DNA of 64,000 bases. It comes from Coniocarpon cinnabarinum. Taxonomy: Eukaryota. Position numbers and translations under genes: made by a program. Positions 10,825 through 22,489 of the stretch are shown one piece after another. Position 1 is the first letter of the stretch, and each line of letters starts with the position of its first letter. Below the pieces are notes generated by a model that worked only from the letters and a program-made list of their open reading frames with translations, was not told the DNA's origin and ran no database searches. The DNA lies in assembly GCA_051942205.1 (NCBI GenBank), contig JAVECO010000101.1:1-64000 (forward strand), given 5' to 3'.

Positions 10825-12508
10825 AAAAGCATTAGCATTTGAAGCCATTCACAGTCAATTTGAAGCGTTGAGGTCCCTCTGCAGCTCATATGTTTCTCAC
10901 GTCGAAGATAATCACGACGCGACTCTCACGTGTGAAGAATTGTCTTTGGCGCCAAGTCAGGCGCAGAGACGTTCTGTGAGTTAAGTCATCCCGGATATGT
11001 GAGTGATGTTGTCACAGGTGTAGGCAAGGCTTCTTTAGGCAACGGCAAGGTCCTGCTTGATTCCGACCCGGAGGCATTGCTGGGTTGTCATGATCCACGC
11101 GCGGCTAATGACAGTCAATTGAAGCTCCGCAATCGGCATGCCTTGCTGGTGAAGTCACGCTTGCATTTCTGCATGCTCACACGAAGGATATATCAATGGT
11201 TCCCGAGGCGTGACGCTTTGGGCTGACCGCATATTTCACTTGGATCCATTTGAGCGCATACCAATTTGGGTGTATCTCGGCATTTGCAACCTGTATATAG
11301 TAGAATCAGACGATCAAACGTGGCTTACGAAGGATTCTCCGTTCTAGCGAATCGGAGCACTCCAGCATTTACACACCGCCTACATGCACCGTGGGAGTGT
11401 ACTGACTACCAGAAGTCGTAGGCACGTTAAATGACAATCGCAATCGGACTCGGACCCCTGCTCGAGTCAATGATCAGGCGAAGTTTCGAGCACGCCTTTG
11501 TGACTGAAACACGCCCTGCGATGCACGACACATGCGTTTGCGGCCAACTCAGCAAATGCTCCATCGCTTGCATCAGGAAAGATGCCAGGCACAGCGAGAT
11601 AATGGACCCTGCAGAATCCCCTAGCGTGCTTGCTTACAATACAATTGACGTCGGCACCAGGACGCGAGAAGAACGTAAGACATCGGCCGTCGCTACAGTG
11701 CATTACGAGCTTACTTGACCACAAGGGTTGCCCTAGTCGCGTCCGCACCGAGGCACGAGCGAAGGTCCGTCTGGAAGAAAGCGGAAGATGCAGTGCGCAC
11801 GTTCTAGAGCAAGGAGATTTGAGTCAAGCAGAGCGGGTGGGGCAAGAATCTGGAGAAAGATGGCGACACGTGCCCGCAGTCAGTACACCGACACCCGTCG
11901 CCCCCCGGCGAGATTTAGATTTAGATTTAGCACCAAGGGTCGGGGTCGTGGGGAGTCGTGGGAGGCGTGGAGGAGTTGGCCAGCCGTGCAGCCGTTTTAG
12001 CCGTCATCGGAGTGGCCTCTCGGACAGCTCTCCATGTTTAGCACCTGCGCCCCAAATGGGACATGCCGTCGACAAAGGGCGTGCCTCCGGCTCACAACCT
12101 GACATGCGTGCTTTTCGATGAGTCAAAAGCTGTCTATCGCGTTATTTAACTGGACTCGAGCGCGCTCCATACGTGCATTGCTTTCCTACATTTCTCAATC
12201 ACAGATCGAGGCGCCTGGAATCGGAGTGGTTGCCCTCTGATGTTTATGTTGGGGAAGGAACGCCACACTAGCACAAAGCCAGCTCCGAGTTGGGCAACCA
12301 TCGCCAAATTTTCTTGGTCAAATCTGTGATCGCGATCGCGTTGACGGGTCGATAAAAGAAGACGACAGTCGCTGTCAATAAACGACAAAGACAGCTCTGC
12401 AACACTCCTTGACCTCTGCGTACCCACACATTTCCTCCATACCATCTGCGGTGGCGAGGAGGGTGAGTCAAGGCAAAAGGGATCCAAACTCTGTCAGTTT
12501 CAATCAAA

Positions 12509-14107
12509 ATGCCAAATGCGCAGTCAATCAGTGGGCGCGTCAGGAACTTTGCAAATCTAAGCAAGCCCGACATTCAAGTCCACCTGGGAGACGACGTAGA
12601 ATATGACCGCAACTACATCAACAGCTTCACTACTGGTGACCAGATCCAAGGTACTCTCTCCATCACGTCGCCACATGACGCACGATACGACCACCTCGAA
12701 ATCTCTCTCGTCGGCTCTGCAAAATGCTATGTGGATCGTGTCAGTCCATCCGCGGCCATCTCAGCTCGCAACGAGGCTTTCCAGATGTTTCTTAAGATGG
12801 ACTATCCTGTAGCTGATTCCGACATGCCTGGTAATGGGGTGTTGAAAGCCGACTCAAACTACGAAGTGCCCTTCAACTTCACGGTCCCAGGATCATTGCC
12901 TGGCTCCTGCAAACACAAAACACTCAATGAGCAAGTGAAAGCGATGCATTTGCGGCTGCCTCCTTCGTTGGGCGATCCTGAAATGGCGGGTCGTGGCTCG
13001 CAGCTCCTGGATGACTGTGCACCGGACATGTGTCGCATCTCCTATTTCATTCGCACGCGGCTTTTGAAGTACCGTGATAGTGACAGCAAGCCCATCATCA
13101 TTTCAGACCGGTCTCGCAAGGTCAGAATCATCCCTGCCTACGAAGAGCAACCGCCAATCTCAGTCGACGAATCTGATGATGACTACTGCTTGCGAGCGGA
13201 GAAAGGCATCCGAAAGGGTCTTCTGAAGGCCAAGAGCGGCAGGCTCGCCATGGAAGCATCTCAGCCCAAAAGCCTCCATATTCCCAGTCCTAATGAAGAT
13301 CACGAAGAGGCCACGACTATGGCCTCTGTCCAGCTTCGCTTCGATCCTTTGAGCAAAGATGCAGAACCGCCCAAGCTTGGTCAATTGGCGACCAAGTTGC
13401 GGATTGGTACTTTTTACGCCAGCACGCCTAGGCATCGCATTCCCACTGGAAAAGCGGCTTTGGCCGACAACACTCAGGGCATCTACGTGGTCGTGCTTAA
13501 CCTATCTGCGCGTTGTTTGTCTGGCACAGAGTGGCTCAAACACGATCCTCACACACCCAGCTCCTCCGCGATGTTACGGCGAGATTCCGCCATGTCGATT
13601 GCCATGGGGGCCGGTGCCGGCTGTCCTGCTCCGACCAAAGTACATGACCCTTCGCTTCCCTTTTATACAGCCCAAGTGCTGGTACCAATCTCACCGCCAA
13701 AGAACAAGGCGCTCGTACCATCTTTCCAATCCTGCTTGGCCAGCAGAGTCTACATTCTCGAAATGTCACTCAATCTCCCACAGAGTTCCAGCGTCACCCT
13801 CAAGCTTCCCATTCAGATCACGACTGACGGAGGTGACGCTCCTCCGCCGGGTTTTGAAGAAGTTGAAGATGAAATTGCGGAGCTCGAAGAATCAGACTCA
13901 GTGAATCAGTATCTTGCCCCTCGCCGTATTTCCTCTCCCGACGATTACGCGGCTCAGACTGCCCCCCGCCGAATCAGTCCACCCCGATCGCGCGCCATGC
14001 AGGCTCCTCCGCCCGAATATTCGACGTTTGCTCCCAGGTCTGGCATGAGCATTGGTGAATCACCAGCACCACTTTACCAGGCGCTGAACATGGTGCGGCA
14101 AATTTGA
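12509..14107 (+). CDS. Alpha-arrestin-like protein (arrestin N domain, PY motif)
   Basis: FTTGDQIQGTLSIT, FLKM, YEVPFNFTVP, LPPSLGD, LVPSFQSCLASRVY patterns; C-terminal PPPEY. Confidence 0.8.
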   Translation: MPNAQSISGRVRNFANLSKPDIQVHLGDDVEYDRNYINSFTTGDQIQGTLSITSPHDARYDHLEISLVGSAKCYVDRVSPSAAISARNEAFQMFLKMDYPVADSDMPGNGVLKADSNYEVPFNFTVPGSLPGSCKHKTLNEQVKAMHLRLPPSLGDPEMAGRGSQLLDDCAPDMCRISYFIRTRLLKYRDSDSKPIIISDRSRKVRIIPAYEEQPPISVDESDDDYCLRAEKGIRKGLLKAKSGRLAMEASQPKSLHIPSPNEDHEEATTMASVQLRFDPLSKDAEPPKLGQLATKLRIGTFYASTPRHRIPTGKAALADNTQGIYVVVLNLSARCLSGTEWLKHDPHTPSSSAMLRRDSAMSIAMGAGAGCPAPTKVHDPSLPFYTAQVLVPISPPKNKALVPSFQSCLASRVYILEMSLNLPQSSSVTLKLPIQITTDGGDAPPPGFEEVEDEIAELEESDSVNQYLAPRRISSPDDYAAQTAPRRISPPRSRAMQAPPPEYSTFAPRSGMSIGESPAPLYQALNMVRQI

Positions 14108-14611
14108 CAGAGATATTATACGTCCACATTGGTTTAATTGACAGCATTTTTGCGCGGCGCTGGGGGGGAAAGGCAACAGCTTACACTTGATGACGCTTGG
14201 GAACGCTTCATGACAACCTCAATAATGTCTAGATATACCTACAGGAGCTGGCACGATTGGCTCCGAGTTTAACCTTCAACCTTCGAAGTAGAATGTATCA
14301 AACACCGTCGATAGATCAATAATGCAAATGTTACCATGAGCAGCTACTTCGATTTCCTCGCGGCCTCAATGTGTCTTAGTAAACACCTCCGTGGCAAAGA
14401 CGCCGGAGATACAGCCAGAAAACTCCGAGCCTCGGCCAATGGCTCACCTCGACTTCTCGCTGCACATAGCCATTGAGCTCACAAGTCGCATTTCCAACGT
14501 CTCAGGCATGCAATACACAGTATAGTGGGCGACTGTTTGAAAACAGCCCCCTCCTCAAATTCCAAGCCTGCGGTCTGGGCCCCTCGCCTCCTCGCAAGCA
14601 CACCCACAGCC

Positions 14612-15577
14612 ATGGCCACCTCCAAAACCCCACCCCGTCCCCCCAAAATCCTCCTCTTCGACATTGGCGGCGTCCTCGTCCGCAGTCCCCTCACCTCCAT
14701 CGCGGCCTTCGAAAAGACCCACGCAATACCCGCAGGCTACATCAACACCGCCATCGCCCGCAGCGGACCAAATGGGTATTGGCAAAAGCTCGAACGCGGC
14801 GAAATCGCACTGAACGCCCGCTTCTTCGCTGGTTTCAAGAAAGACCTCGAGAACCCTAATCTCTGGCACCAGTTTGTGGAGGAGCGCGCGAGGAGGACGG
14901 GCGGTACGGATGCGGCGGGCGCTTGGGGTCGGGAGTATGTTGAGCGATTGGTTAAGAGGGGAGTCAACGTGGAGGTGGAGGAGTTGTTTTGGAACATGAT
15001 GGGCTTTTCGCGGGAAACAAATCGAAAGATGGCGCAGGCTGTGAGGAGGTTGAAGCGGGAGGGAAAGGAGAGGTGGTTGGTTTGTGCATTGAGTAATACG
15101 GTTGTTTTTCCAGCGGGGCATGCGTTTAGTCTGGCGAGTGAAGGACGGGGCGCCCGCACAACAACAAACAGTACGAACAAGGATGCAGGCGAAAAAGACA
15201 GTGATAGTGTGGATGACACGAGCGGTGATATCAAAGATCTCTTCGACGTCTTCATCTCGTCGGCGTATGTCGGACTGCGAAAACCGGAACCGGAAATCTA
15301 TGAGTTGGCGCTGAGATGGTGCGGCGATGCGTGGCAGGAGCGTGTCAAGAGATTGCAACGCCAAGGCAAGGGCGAGGGCTTGAGCGAGGAGTGCAAAGCT
15401 GAGGACTTTGTGTTTCTGGATGATATTGGGGCGAATTTGGCGCCGGCGAGGCGGATGGGGATGCACACAATTAAGGTGGGGTTGGAAGAGGGGGGCCCCG
15501 AAGAGGCGGTGAGGCAGTTGGAGAGGGTGACGGGGATGAAGTTGCTTGACGAGGAGGACGCGAAGGCCAGGTTATGA
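14612..15577 (+). CDS. HAD-superfamily hydrolase (soluble epoxide hydrolase N-terminal phosphatase/ACAD10-like) with C-terminal PTS1-like ARL
   Basis: LLFDIGGV (motif I), ALSNT (II), GLRKPEPEIY (III), VFLDDIGANL (IV); ends KARL. Confidence 0.85.
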   Translation: MATSKTPPRPPKILLFDIGGVLVRSPLTSIAAFEKTHAIPAGYINTAIARSGPNGYWQKLERGEIALNARFFAGFKKDLENPNLWHQFVEERARRTGGTDAAGAWGREYVERLVKRGVNVEVEELFWNMMGFSRETNRKMAQAVRRLKREGKERWLVCALSNTVVFPAGHAFSLASEGRGARTTTNSTNKDAGEKDSDSVDDTSGDIKDLFDVFISSAYVGLRKPEPEIYELALRWCGDAWQERVKRLQRQGKGEGLSEECKAEDFVFLDDIGANLAPARRMGMHTIKVGLEEGGPEEAVRQLERVTGMKLLDEEDAKARL

Positions 15578-15708
15578 CATCGAAGCGATTGGATGATGGC
15601 GGTGTGAGAGAGCTGGGAGGTTAAGGAGCGACGATAGTTGGATTATAGATGCTAGACTAGTATACATAGACGACGTGTGCAAACACCAACCACAAACCCC
15701 GTTCAGAG

Positions 15709-16857
15709 CTAACAGATTTCGACGTCCAAACTTCCATAATTCCTCATCCCACCGTGCGTTGGAGTCCAATCATCTTCAACCACGCTGGTCCCTCCCGTTC
15801 CGCTTTGCTTCTGTTGACTGTCACTATCGTCGGAGCGCCTCCACTCGTCATCAGCCACCCTGGTTGCGATACTGACAGGCGACTCATCTTTGTTTCCACA
15901 ACAGCACCGCTTCATTACCTCCTTGAATGAAACATGTCGAGACTCTGAAGCTGTGGAGGAATAGCTGAATGTGCTCCACCGGCTGAAGCGCGACTTCATG
16001 TTGGTGTAATGCATGTTCTCAGCAAGAGAGGCGTGTTGAGTTGAGGATTCATCAGAGAGGGTGGCTGCTGGCATGGGGACCTGTGTAGGTTGGGGGGATG
16101 GAATGTTGACGGCCGGCGTATGTACCCAAGGATGACTCGCGAGAGGCGAGGGATGATCAAATTCGTTTGAAGCAAACCAGGGTGTATTGAATTCGACGCC
16201 AGTAGCGTGTTGGGAGGAGGCACTGATGGGAAACGCCCACGTACGCTGCGAGGATGTTGCGGGACTCCACGTATGGTCCGGAGAATGGTGTGAGTAAGCT
16301 GACGTGGGCGAATTGGCGAGGACACCATGGAAGGAAGTGATTGACGGAGGACGAGAAATTGACACGCTTATTGGAAATGCCAGTGCTGCGACGCTGGTCG
16401 CTGGGACCTCCTGCTCCCTTGGTGAGGAGGTGACGTTGGAGGAGCTCTCGTCGGGATAAATTGTGGAAGGCCATGACAGACGAGACACCCAGTCATCAAC
16501 TTCATCAGTCACAGCAACCTCAGATTGTTCTTGCGGGATCAAAGCTTGTCTTTGGCTGACCGCTGGATGGTGACCCAAATCCATCGCGCAACGCCGACCA
16601 TGCTGAGGATTTGTCCGGTCCAGGAAGAGTGGTGACAGCCATGGCTGGGCTCGCGAACGAGATTGATCAAGCCGCTCTTGAAGTTGCTTCACATGATTTC
16701 TGGTCCTTTCGACTTCCAACCTGGCACGAAGTAGGGCTGATGTTGCGGATGGCGTTGGCGATATATCACGAGGTTCGTTGAGGGTGGACGTGCGCAGGCG
16801 CGAAAGTTCATTGAGAAGCTGACCGATCCGTCTAGGCTGAACTGGTGTACGATCCAT
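15709..16857 (-). CDS. Hypothetical 382-aa Ser/Pro-rich protein
   Basis: Long ATG-initiated ORF in otherwise intergenic space; predicted N-terminal coiled coil; no recognisable domain. Confidence 0.5.
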   Translation of the reverse strand: MDRTPVQPRRIGQLLNELSRLRTSTLNEPRDISPTPSATSALLRARLEVERTRNHVKQLQERLDQSRSRAQPWLSPLFLDRTNPQHGRRCAMDLGHHPAVSQRQALIPQEQSEVAVTDEVDDWVSRLSWPSTIYPDESSSNVTSSPREQEVPATSVAALAFPISVSISRPPSITSFHGVLANSPTSAYSHHSPDHTWSPATSSQRTWAFPISASSQHATGVEFNTPWFASNEFDHPSPLASHPWVHTPAVNIPSPQPTQVPMPAATLSDESSTQHASLAENMHYTNMKSRFSRWSTFSYSSTASESRHVSFKEVMKRCCCGNKDESPVSIATRVADDEWRRSDDSDSQQKQSGTGGTSVVEDDWTPTHGGMRNYGSLDVEIC

Positions 16858-17514
16858 TGATGTGATGAGCTATTGAGAGGTAGGGAGGATTATGATCAGA
16901 AGCACAAGTAATGAAGAGACGCGATAAGAGTGAACGGCAACGACGACGATGTACGGCCAGCGTACGAGATAGATGAATGACTGATGTAGGAAAAACAGAT
17001 GGAAGGAAATTGTTCTGAAAGTAAGAGACGAAAAGTACGGTGGTTTAAGTAAAGGGACTTGTCAATATCACGCCAGTGTATGTTGGGTGTCGATTCCAGC
17101 ACCGGCTGCGTTTGATCTCTCATGGACAGCGCGAATCTGATTGTGGACGTTTGCAAGAATTGAGCTGCTTATTGGGCACCGGCAGAACCACTGTCGAGGT
17201 TGGAGTAGCTCTGAGACATGTCTGTCGAATCAAAAAACGTGCAGGTGAGAAGTCCGCTTCACACGTTTGCTTTTTTCAATCAAATTCGGCTGCCAGAATT
17301 GATGCCAAATTCCGATTCAGATTGGCTTTGAAGCTGGATAGAACATGCGTTTGTCAAATGAGGCTTCCTCCGAGAGAAATAGCCGCCAAATATTCGATTG
17401 GGTACAGACTGAAGCAGGTACAATCTGTCTTGAGATGAGTGGTAAGGTTCATGCTTGATGCTCCCCATGACGCCATTGATCATGCACATGTGGTCTTTCC
17501 AGCCAAAGCTGAGT

Positions 17515-18424
17515 CTATGACCTCAAACCAAGCAAATAGCTAGGCCCGCCACCGCCAGACCCGTTGCTTTCGCCGCCGCCTGTCTTGCCATTGCCAGCAA
17601 GATACGTAATGTTGGGGTTTTCAGCCATCTTCTCTGCAATGTCGCGTTGAGTCTCGATTCTTCTGATCATGATGAGACCATCGCCAGATCTTGCCACGGC
17701 CTTGCTGATTGTGTCGGCAGCCTCAGCCTCGCCTTCTGCTCTGATGACGCTTGCCTGTCTCTCCTGCTCGGCCTTCTCGACCACAAATCTCGCGCGTTCG
17801 GCTTCTTGTTGTGCGATCTGTTTGTCTTCGACGGCTTTGGTAAACTCTTTGCCGAATGTCATGTGTGTGATGGACACATCTTCTAGAGCGATGTTGAACT
17901 CTTGTGCTCGTTTCAGCAGCTCTGTGCGAATGCGATTCGATACTGTCTCTCGCTGTGTGATGAGTTCAGCAGCATCGAATTGGGCGACGATGGCTTTCAG
18001 GACTTCGTTTCCAATAGATGGAAGAACACGCTCATCGTAGTCAGACCCGAGATTCTGTCCTCCGTTAGATAGATGCATGAGATAGAGTAGTGTGTGTACG
18101 CACCTGGTAGATTCTCGGGAGCAATTTGACCTCAGGCCTGTGTAATACCCTCAGAGTCAAGCTAACCATCTGCAAGTCCTTGCTGCCGGTATTTGTGCTG
18201 ATGTTCCGCGGTTTAGTTCGTACATCGAACATAATGCTTCGCTGCAGCCATGGAATGAGAAAGTGCGTGCCCTCATTGGCGACCTGCTCCTTCACGCCAG
18301 ATAATCGATCGAAGATGACTGCTCGTTGCCCTCCCTTGACGTCGTACATGGCGGCGCTTGCCACTGAAAGGCCCAAGAAGCCGGGGACGGCCAATCTGTA
18401 GATGGTGGCGAGGGCGTTGGCCAT
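17515..18424 (-). CDS. PHB1: Prohibitin 1, 2 exons (18424-18104, 18054-17515), ~286 aa
   Basis: [77 protein letters not shown]; 49-nt intron 18055-18103. Confidence 0.95.
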
Positions 18425-18705
18425 CTTCGTGGAAAGCCTGAGCTGCTGCTATCGGTGGCAAGAATGAATATCAATCAAGCTTGAAGCTCAAATGAATTAG
18501 GTATCCAGGGTGCCAGGTCTCAATCGAAGGTTCGATTATTTCCACTTTAGTACATACGTGATGCCATCATGTTCTCTCGAACTCTGGAATATAGATAGAC
18601 TCCAAACTCCATTGTCCATCAGACCAGTGCTGCAACGTTTATTCCGCGTGCATTATTCAGAACCTGTCAGTGCTCTGAGAGAATCCGAGGTTGGCACAAA
18701 TCACG

Positions 18706-19261
18706 ATGCAGCCAACGCTACCGAGACGAGCCGGCGGCGGAGACAAGATCCCAGGAAAGTATGTTCATCCCAGCTACCCTGCAGCTTCTTCCACCTCTAC
18801 AGCCTCTTGAAGGCATCTTTACTGAGTCGTCGCATATCGTGATAAGAAATGAAGCTAATTGTGGAATTTCTTTAGGTACATTGGCTGGTGGGGAAACCTT
18901 GGTATGGCTTCACGTCTTGATTCCATATTGCTACCGCACTTCATGGCTTCTCCTTGGCTTTCCGTGCACCGGATGAAGTGCCCTGCTATCGTCATCTGCT
19001 GAACACCTCACTCACATCCTTAACCCAGGTTCCCAACCACAAAAAGGCGTCACATCTTACTCTCTCTCGGCGAACCGACAGCGGCCATTCGCTGGCGCTC
19101 TCCACGCAGCAATCTTCAATACCTGGCGACGATTTAGAGGCCAAGTCTTCTACGTCGCTCCACCGTTCATCGCGCTCTACTTCATCCTCGACTATGCGGA
19201 GCGAAGGAACAAATACCTCAATAGCAAGGCTGGCAGAAGGGAGTTCGCAGGTGTAGAATAG
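18706..19261 (+). CDS. QCR8: Cytochrome bc1 complex subunit 8, 3 exons (18706-18758, 18876-18901, 19029-19261), 103 aa; absent from the ORF track
   Basis: Spliced ...GKYIGWWGNLGSQPQKGVTSYSLSANRQRPFAGALHAAIFNTWRRFRGQVFYVAPPF...RNKYLNSKAGR; canonical introns. Confidence 0.93.
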
Positions 19262-20005
19262 ATGTTTCCACGACATGGGCATGACATCCTAAAGACTTGA
19301 GCTACCAACACTGAGTGTTCGACAGCGATCCCAACGAAATCCTCGCCATGGCAAGCGACTCCTGTATTTTAGGAAAGAAAGGGCAGAATTCAAGAACATC
19401 CAGAGATCAAGAAGAAGAAGTACTGCGTAGTCTTGCATTGTTTTGATATTCTTTTTGTCTGCCAAAGCTGTTGATTTGTATGTTGAGAGACGGTCATTGT
19501 GCAGAAACGATGTTTCTACGCCAATAATCTGCTGAGTGGAGGCGCGGAAATTTTGAATAGTCAAACCCCGCTCGCGACATGCAGCTATAGAGCTGGCAAG
19601 CGTCATTTGTCAGCCTATCATTAGATCGAGGACTTCAATGATTGGGCGAAATCATCAGCAACTGCGACCCCGCGGCCATCAATCGAACTTGTTGCACGTC
19701 CTATTGGAATAACGACCGACTAGACTCTTCGGTTTATATCCCGCTTGATGCTGGTTCCTCGATCACTACTTGAGATTTTCTTGGTAACAATTCAACCGAC
19801 TCGTGGACTAATACTAATGCTTGTCGAATTGCGGAAGTGATTGATGGGGAAGTACGATTCGTCGTTGGCACTGCTAATATCTACAGGCTAATTAATGAAA
19901 ACCTCGCTTACCATGACGCCGCAGTCGCTTCATTCCATTTAATTTCGTTTCTTTGTGCTAGATTTTGATCAATGCCTTCGAGTGGGCTCCAGAAGCGTTC
20001 TGTGT

Positions 20006-20425
20006 CTATGATTGAATCTTCCACAAGCAAAAGACTAAATAGCATGTGCAAGCCCATATTTCCCAAAGGGTTATGTAAGTACAGCATGCAAATATGGCAC
20101 CGTAGTTAATCCAGTCGAATATAAACTCTCCGGGGACAAACGGATTTTCTGGCACAGTTAAGTCAGCGTCTCGCGCAACGCTACAATCGTGTGCATGTAT
20201 ATCTTCAGAAACAAAGCTGAGACAACACAGGAGACCTGTAAACATACCGATAGAAATCTCGGGTGCCTGTTCGATAGCTTTGTAGAAATGCACGTAAATT
20301 CTAATCAAAGCCAGCGCTAACCAGCATGACGCCAAAATAGCGGCAATGTCAATGAAACCAAAGGTGCGGTTGGCGCCGTCATCCTCAATGCGAGCTTCTC
20401 TGAGATTATCTGCCTTTTCTGCCAT
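20006..20425 (-). CDS. Hypothetical small multi-pass membrane protein (139 aa)
   Basis: ATG-initiated ORF with about three hydrophobic segments; no homology recognised. Confidence 0.35.
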   Translation of the reverse strand: MAEKADNLREARIEDDGANRTFGFIDIAAILASCWLALALIRIYVHFYKAIEQAPEISIGMFTGLLCCLSFVSEDIHAHDCSVARDADLTVPENPFVPGEFIFDWINYGAIFACCTYITLWEIWACTCYLVFCLWKIQS

Positions 20426-20858
20426 GAGACTCGTGATGTTTCTCCTTAACGTTGATGCAAGACGCTGACAAAGGTGCGTAAGTCAAAAAATTATATCATG
20501 GGCGGATCAAAGGTTGGCCATCGGCCACATAAGCTCCTTGGCTTTGTTGAGCCGAGCCAATTCTGTAGAGGAATCGTTTCCATCTTGACCTTTTTGCCAC
20601 GCTTACGACATCATGATGCAATCACGCGGCAATGTCTAGCCATCAATCAAAGATATCAACAGCAAAATGCACCCGAATAAAGCGGTATGAAATGTTGAGC
20701 TTTGCCACTTCGCCGCTTCTCTGAACAGAAGAAGCATAGTATTTCCGTCAGGTTCATTCAAGCAACCGCAACTGCTGCGGCTGTGCATCTCAGTAACTCT
20801 GCATACAAAACAAACTGCCTCAACGACGACTTTCCGCCACTAGAGGAGGAAAGCACCC

Positions 20859-21236
20859 TCAATCCACCGTCTTCCGGCCCGGCAACTTCACAAACGCCAG
20901 AACTATAGTAGCCAGCAACACCCCACCCACAACCAAGCCCAATAACTGCGAGAAACAGTTCGTCTTCGTAGGGCCCCTTACTACCGTTGTCACAGGACGC
21001 GGCAATTCTCTCCGGTCGTTGTCCAGAGCACCCGGTGGGAAAAGGGCCCGAACTGGGTGGGTGGATTGCTGTCGCGGAGCCCGCGAGAAGGGATCCCAAG
21101 CTGAAATCGGAGGCACGAGGGAGGAATGTGCCGGCGGGGGAAGCACTGGTGCTCTGATGGCATCGCTTTCGTTTGCTGATGCGTATGGAGGTGAGCGAGC
21201 ATTGGGTTCTGGATACATGATGTTAGCATTAGCCAT
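20859..21236 (-). CDS. Hypothetical Pro-rich protein with C-terminal TM helix (125 aa)
   Basis: ATG in gccATGg context; LLGLVVGGVLLATIVLAFV followed by a basic tail. Confidence 0.4.
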   Translation of the reverse strand: MANANIMYPEPNARSPPYASANESDAIRAPVLPPPAHSSLVPPISAWDPFSRAPRQQSTHPVRALFPPGALDNDRRELPRPVTTVVRGPTKTNCFSQLLGLVVGGVLLATIVLAFVKLPGRKTVD

Positions 21237-21869
21237 GGCACGAGGGCAGCCATAGCATTTCTTTATAGCGACAGCTAGTATGGATGATGGAACTGTTATA
21301 GCTCAAGATTTAGATCGCGGTATGAGAGCGTTATTAGACAGTAGTAAACTGTTTCCTATGTTGAAGGATTACTGAGATTGAAAACTGTGGAAATGCTTAC
21401 CGAATTTCGCATGGCGAGGGCACTCACGGCGGTGCTTGCACTGTAAGCAGTGCGACATGTTGATTGTGGCCATCTTTGCTTGTTGTAATAGAGAAAAGTG
21501 GCTCAAGATACGAAGTGTGCTTGATGACTACGTGCAGTGCAGGTTTGCTGTCGCTGAGAATGTGCGTAAAGAAGCACAATAGCAGTGCAGGAAGTGTCTC
21601 TTGTATCCACAACAGTGTCTGAGCGCAAGCATCTCACAACATGCGAAAGCGCTTTGACATTTTGTTGGGAAGCTATCTGGGATCAGAGCGGCCAAGGAGA
21701 ACTGGTTCTTTGAGAATCTTACGCTCTGACAGTGTCCAAGTTGTAACCTTTGGGACATAAATAGTATTCGGGCATTTCTCCTACTCCTCTGCCGGCTCTT
21801 ATAGCTGCAGCAATTACCAGTCCCCAATCTCCACACTCGTTCCAGCACAAAGCAATCGTAAGAGCGAAA

Positions 21870-22420
21870 ATGCATCCAATGGATCAAGATCACACTGCTA
21901 TGAGTGAACATAGCAGCATTTCAGCACATCCTCGTGCTCGTGCCTCTCCTGTAGCGTTGATGCCAGTAGAAACAGAGCCATTCCCACTGCTGAAGCCTGC
22001 AACACCAAGGCTGAAATGCAGAAAGCCATCTTACGGTGATTCGGGTAAGAGGCGTTTAGCGCTAGTTCCTTCACTTTTACATTGTGCATTATATCCGAAT
22101 TTCCACTGACCCAGAATCTCCTGTATTTTAACAATCGATATCCAGAGGGACATCCTGCTGTCAAGCAGAATTTCAGAGAAGCTGCCACTGTGAGCATTAT
22201 TGAGCTGACTGAAACATATCCAGATGTCGGCGACTTCGTTGCGCTACCACCGCCAGCACTGAGCTTGTGCGAGCAAGCTGCTCCAAGGGAACGTGCTGTT
22301 GAGAGAGGCACACATTGGCGCTGGTGGGAGGTACTGGCAGCAGTATTGTATCTCTTGATCAGCGATCCGATTCTACAGATTGTCTTAATAGGGCTACTAT
22401 TTGTGCGATTGATGCTATAG
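21870..22420 (+). CDS. Possible spliced hypothetical tail-anchored protein (exons 21870-22044, 22146-22420)
   Basis: Donor GTAAGA at 22045 and TTAAC..CAG acceptor at 22145 join two ORFs in frame; hydrophobic C-terminus. A competing acceptor at 22114 would truncate it. Confidence 0.3.
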
Positions 22421-22489
22421 CGCGAGCTCCCTTTCCGACAAAAGCGACAAAGATAGAAGGGCCCGGCGTAATAGCGCAGCCACGGTTTT

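Noticed and set aside
11910..11930. (GATTTA)x3 repeat resembling a telomeric motif
   Set aside because: Too short and not TTAGGG; an ordinary microsatellite.
14555..15466. 303-aa antisense ORF over the HAD hydrolase, and similar antisense ORFs over SWR1 (7713-8381), the mucin and the tyrosinase
   Set aside because: Shadow frames explained by codon bias of the real gene on the other strand; no domain features.
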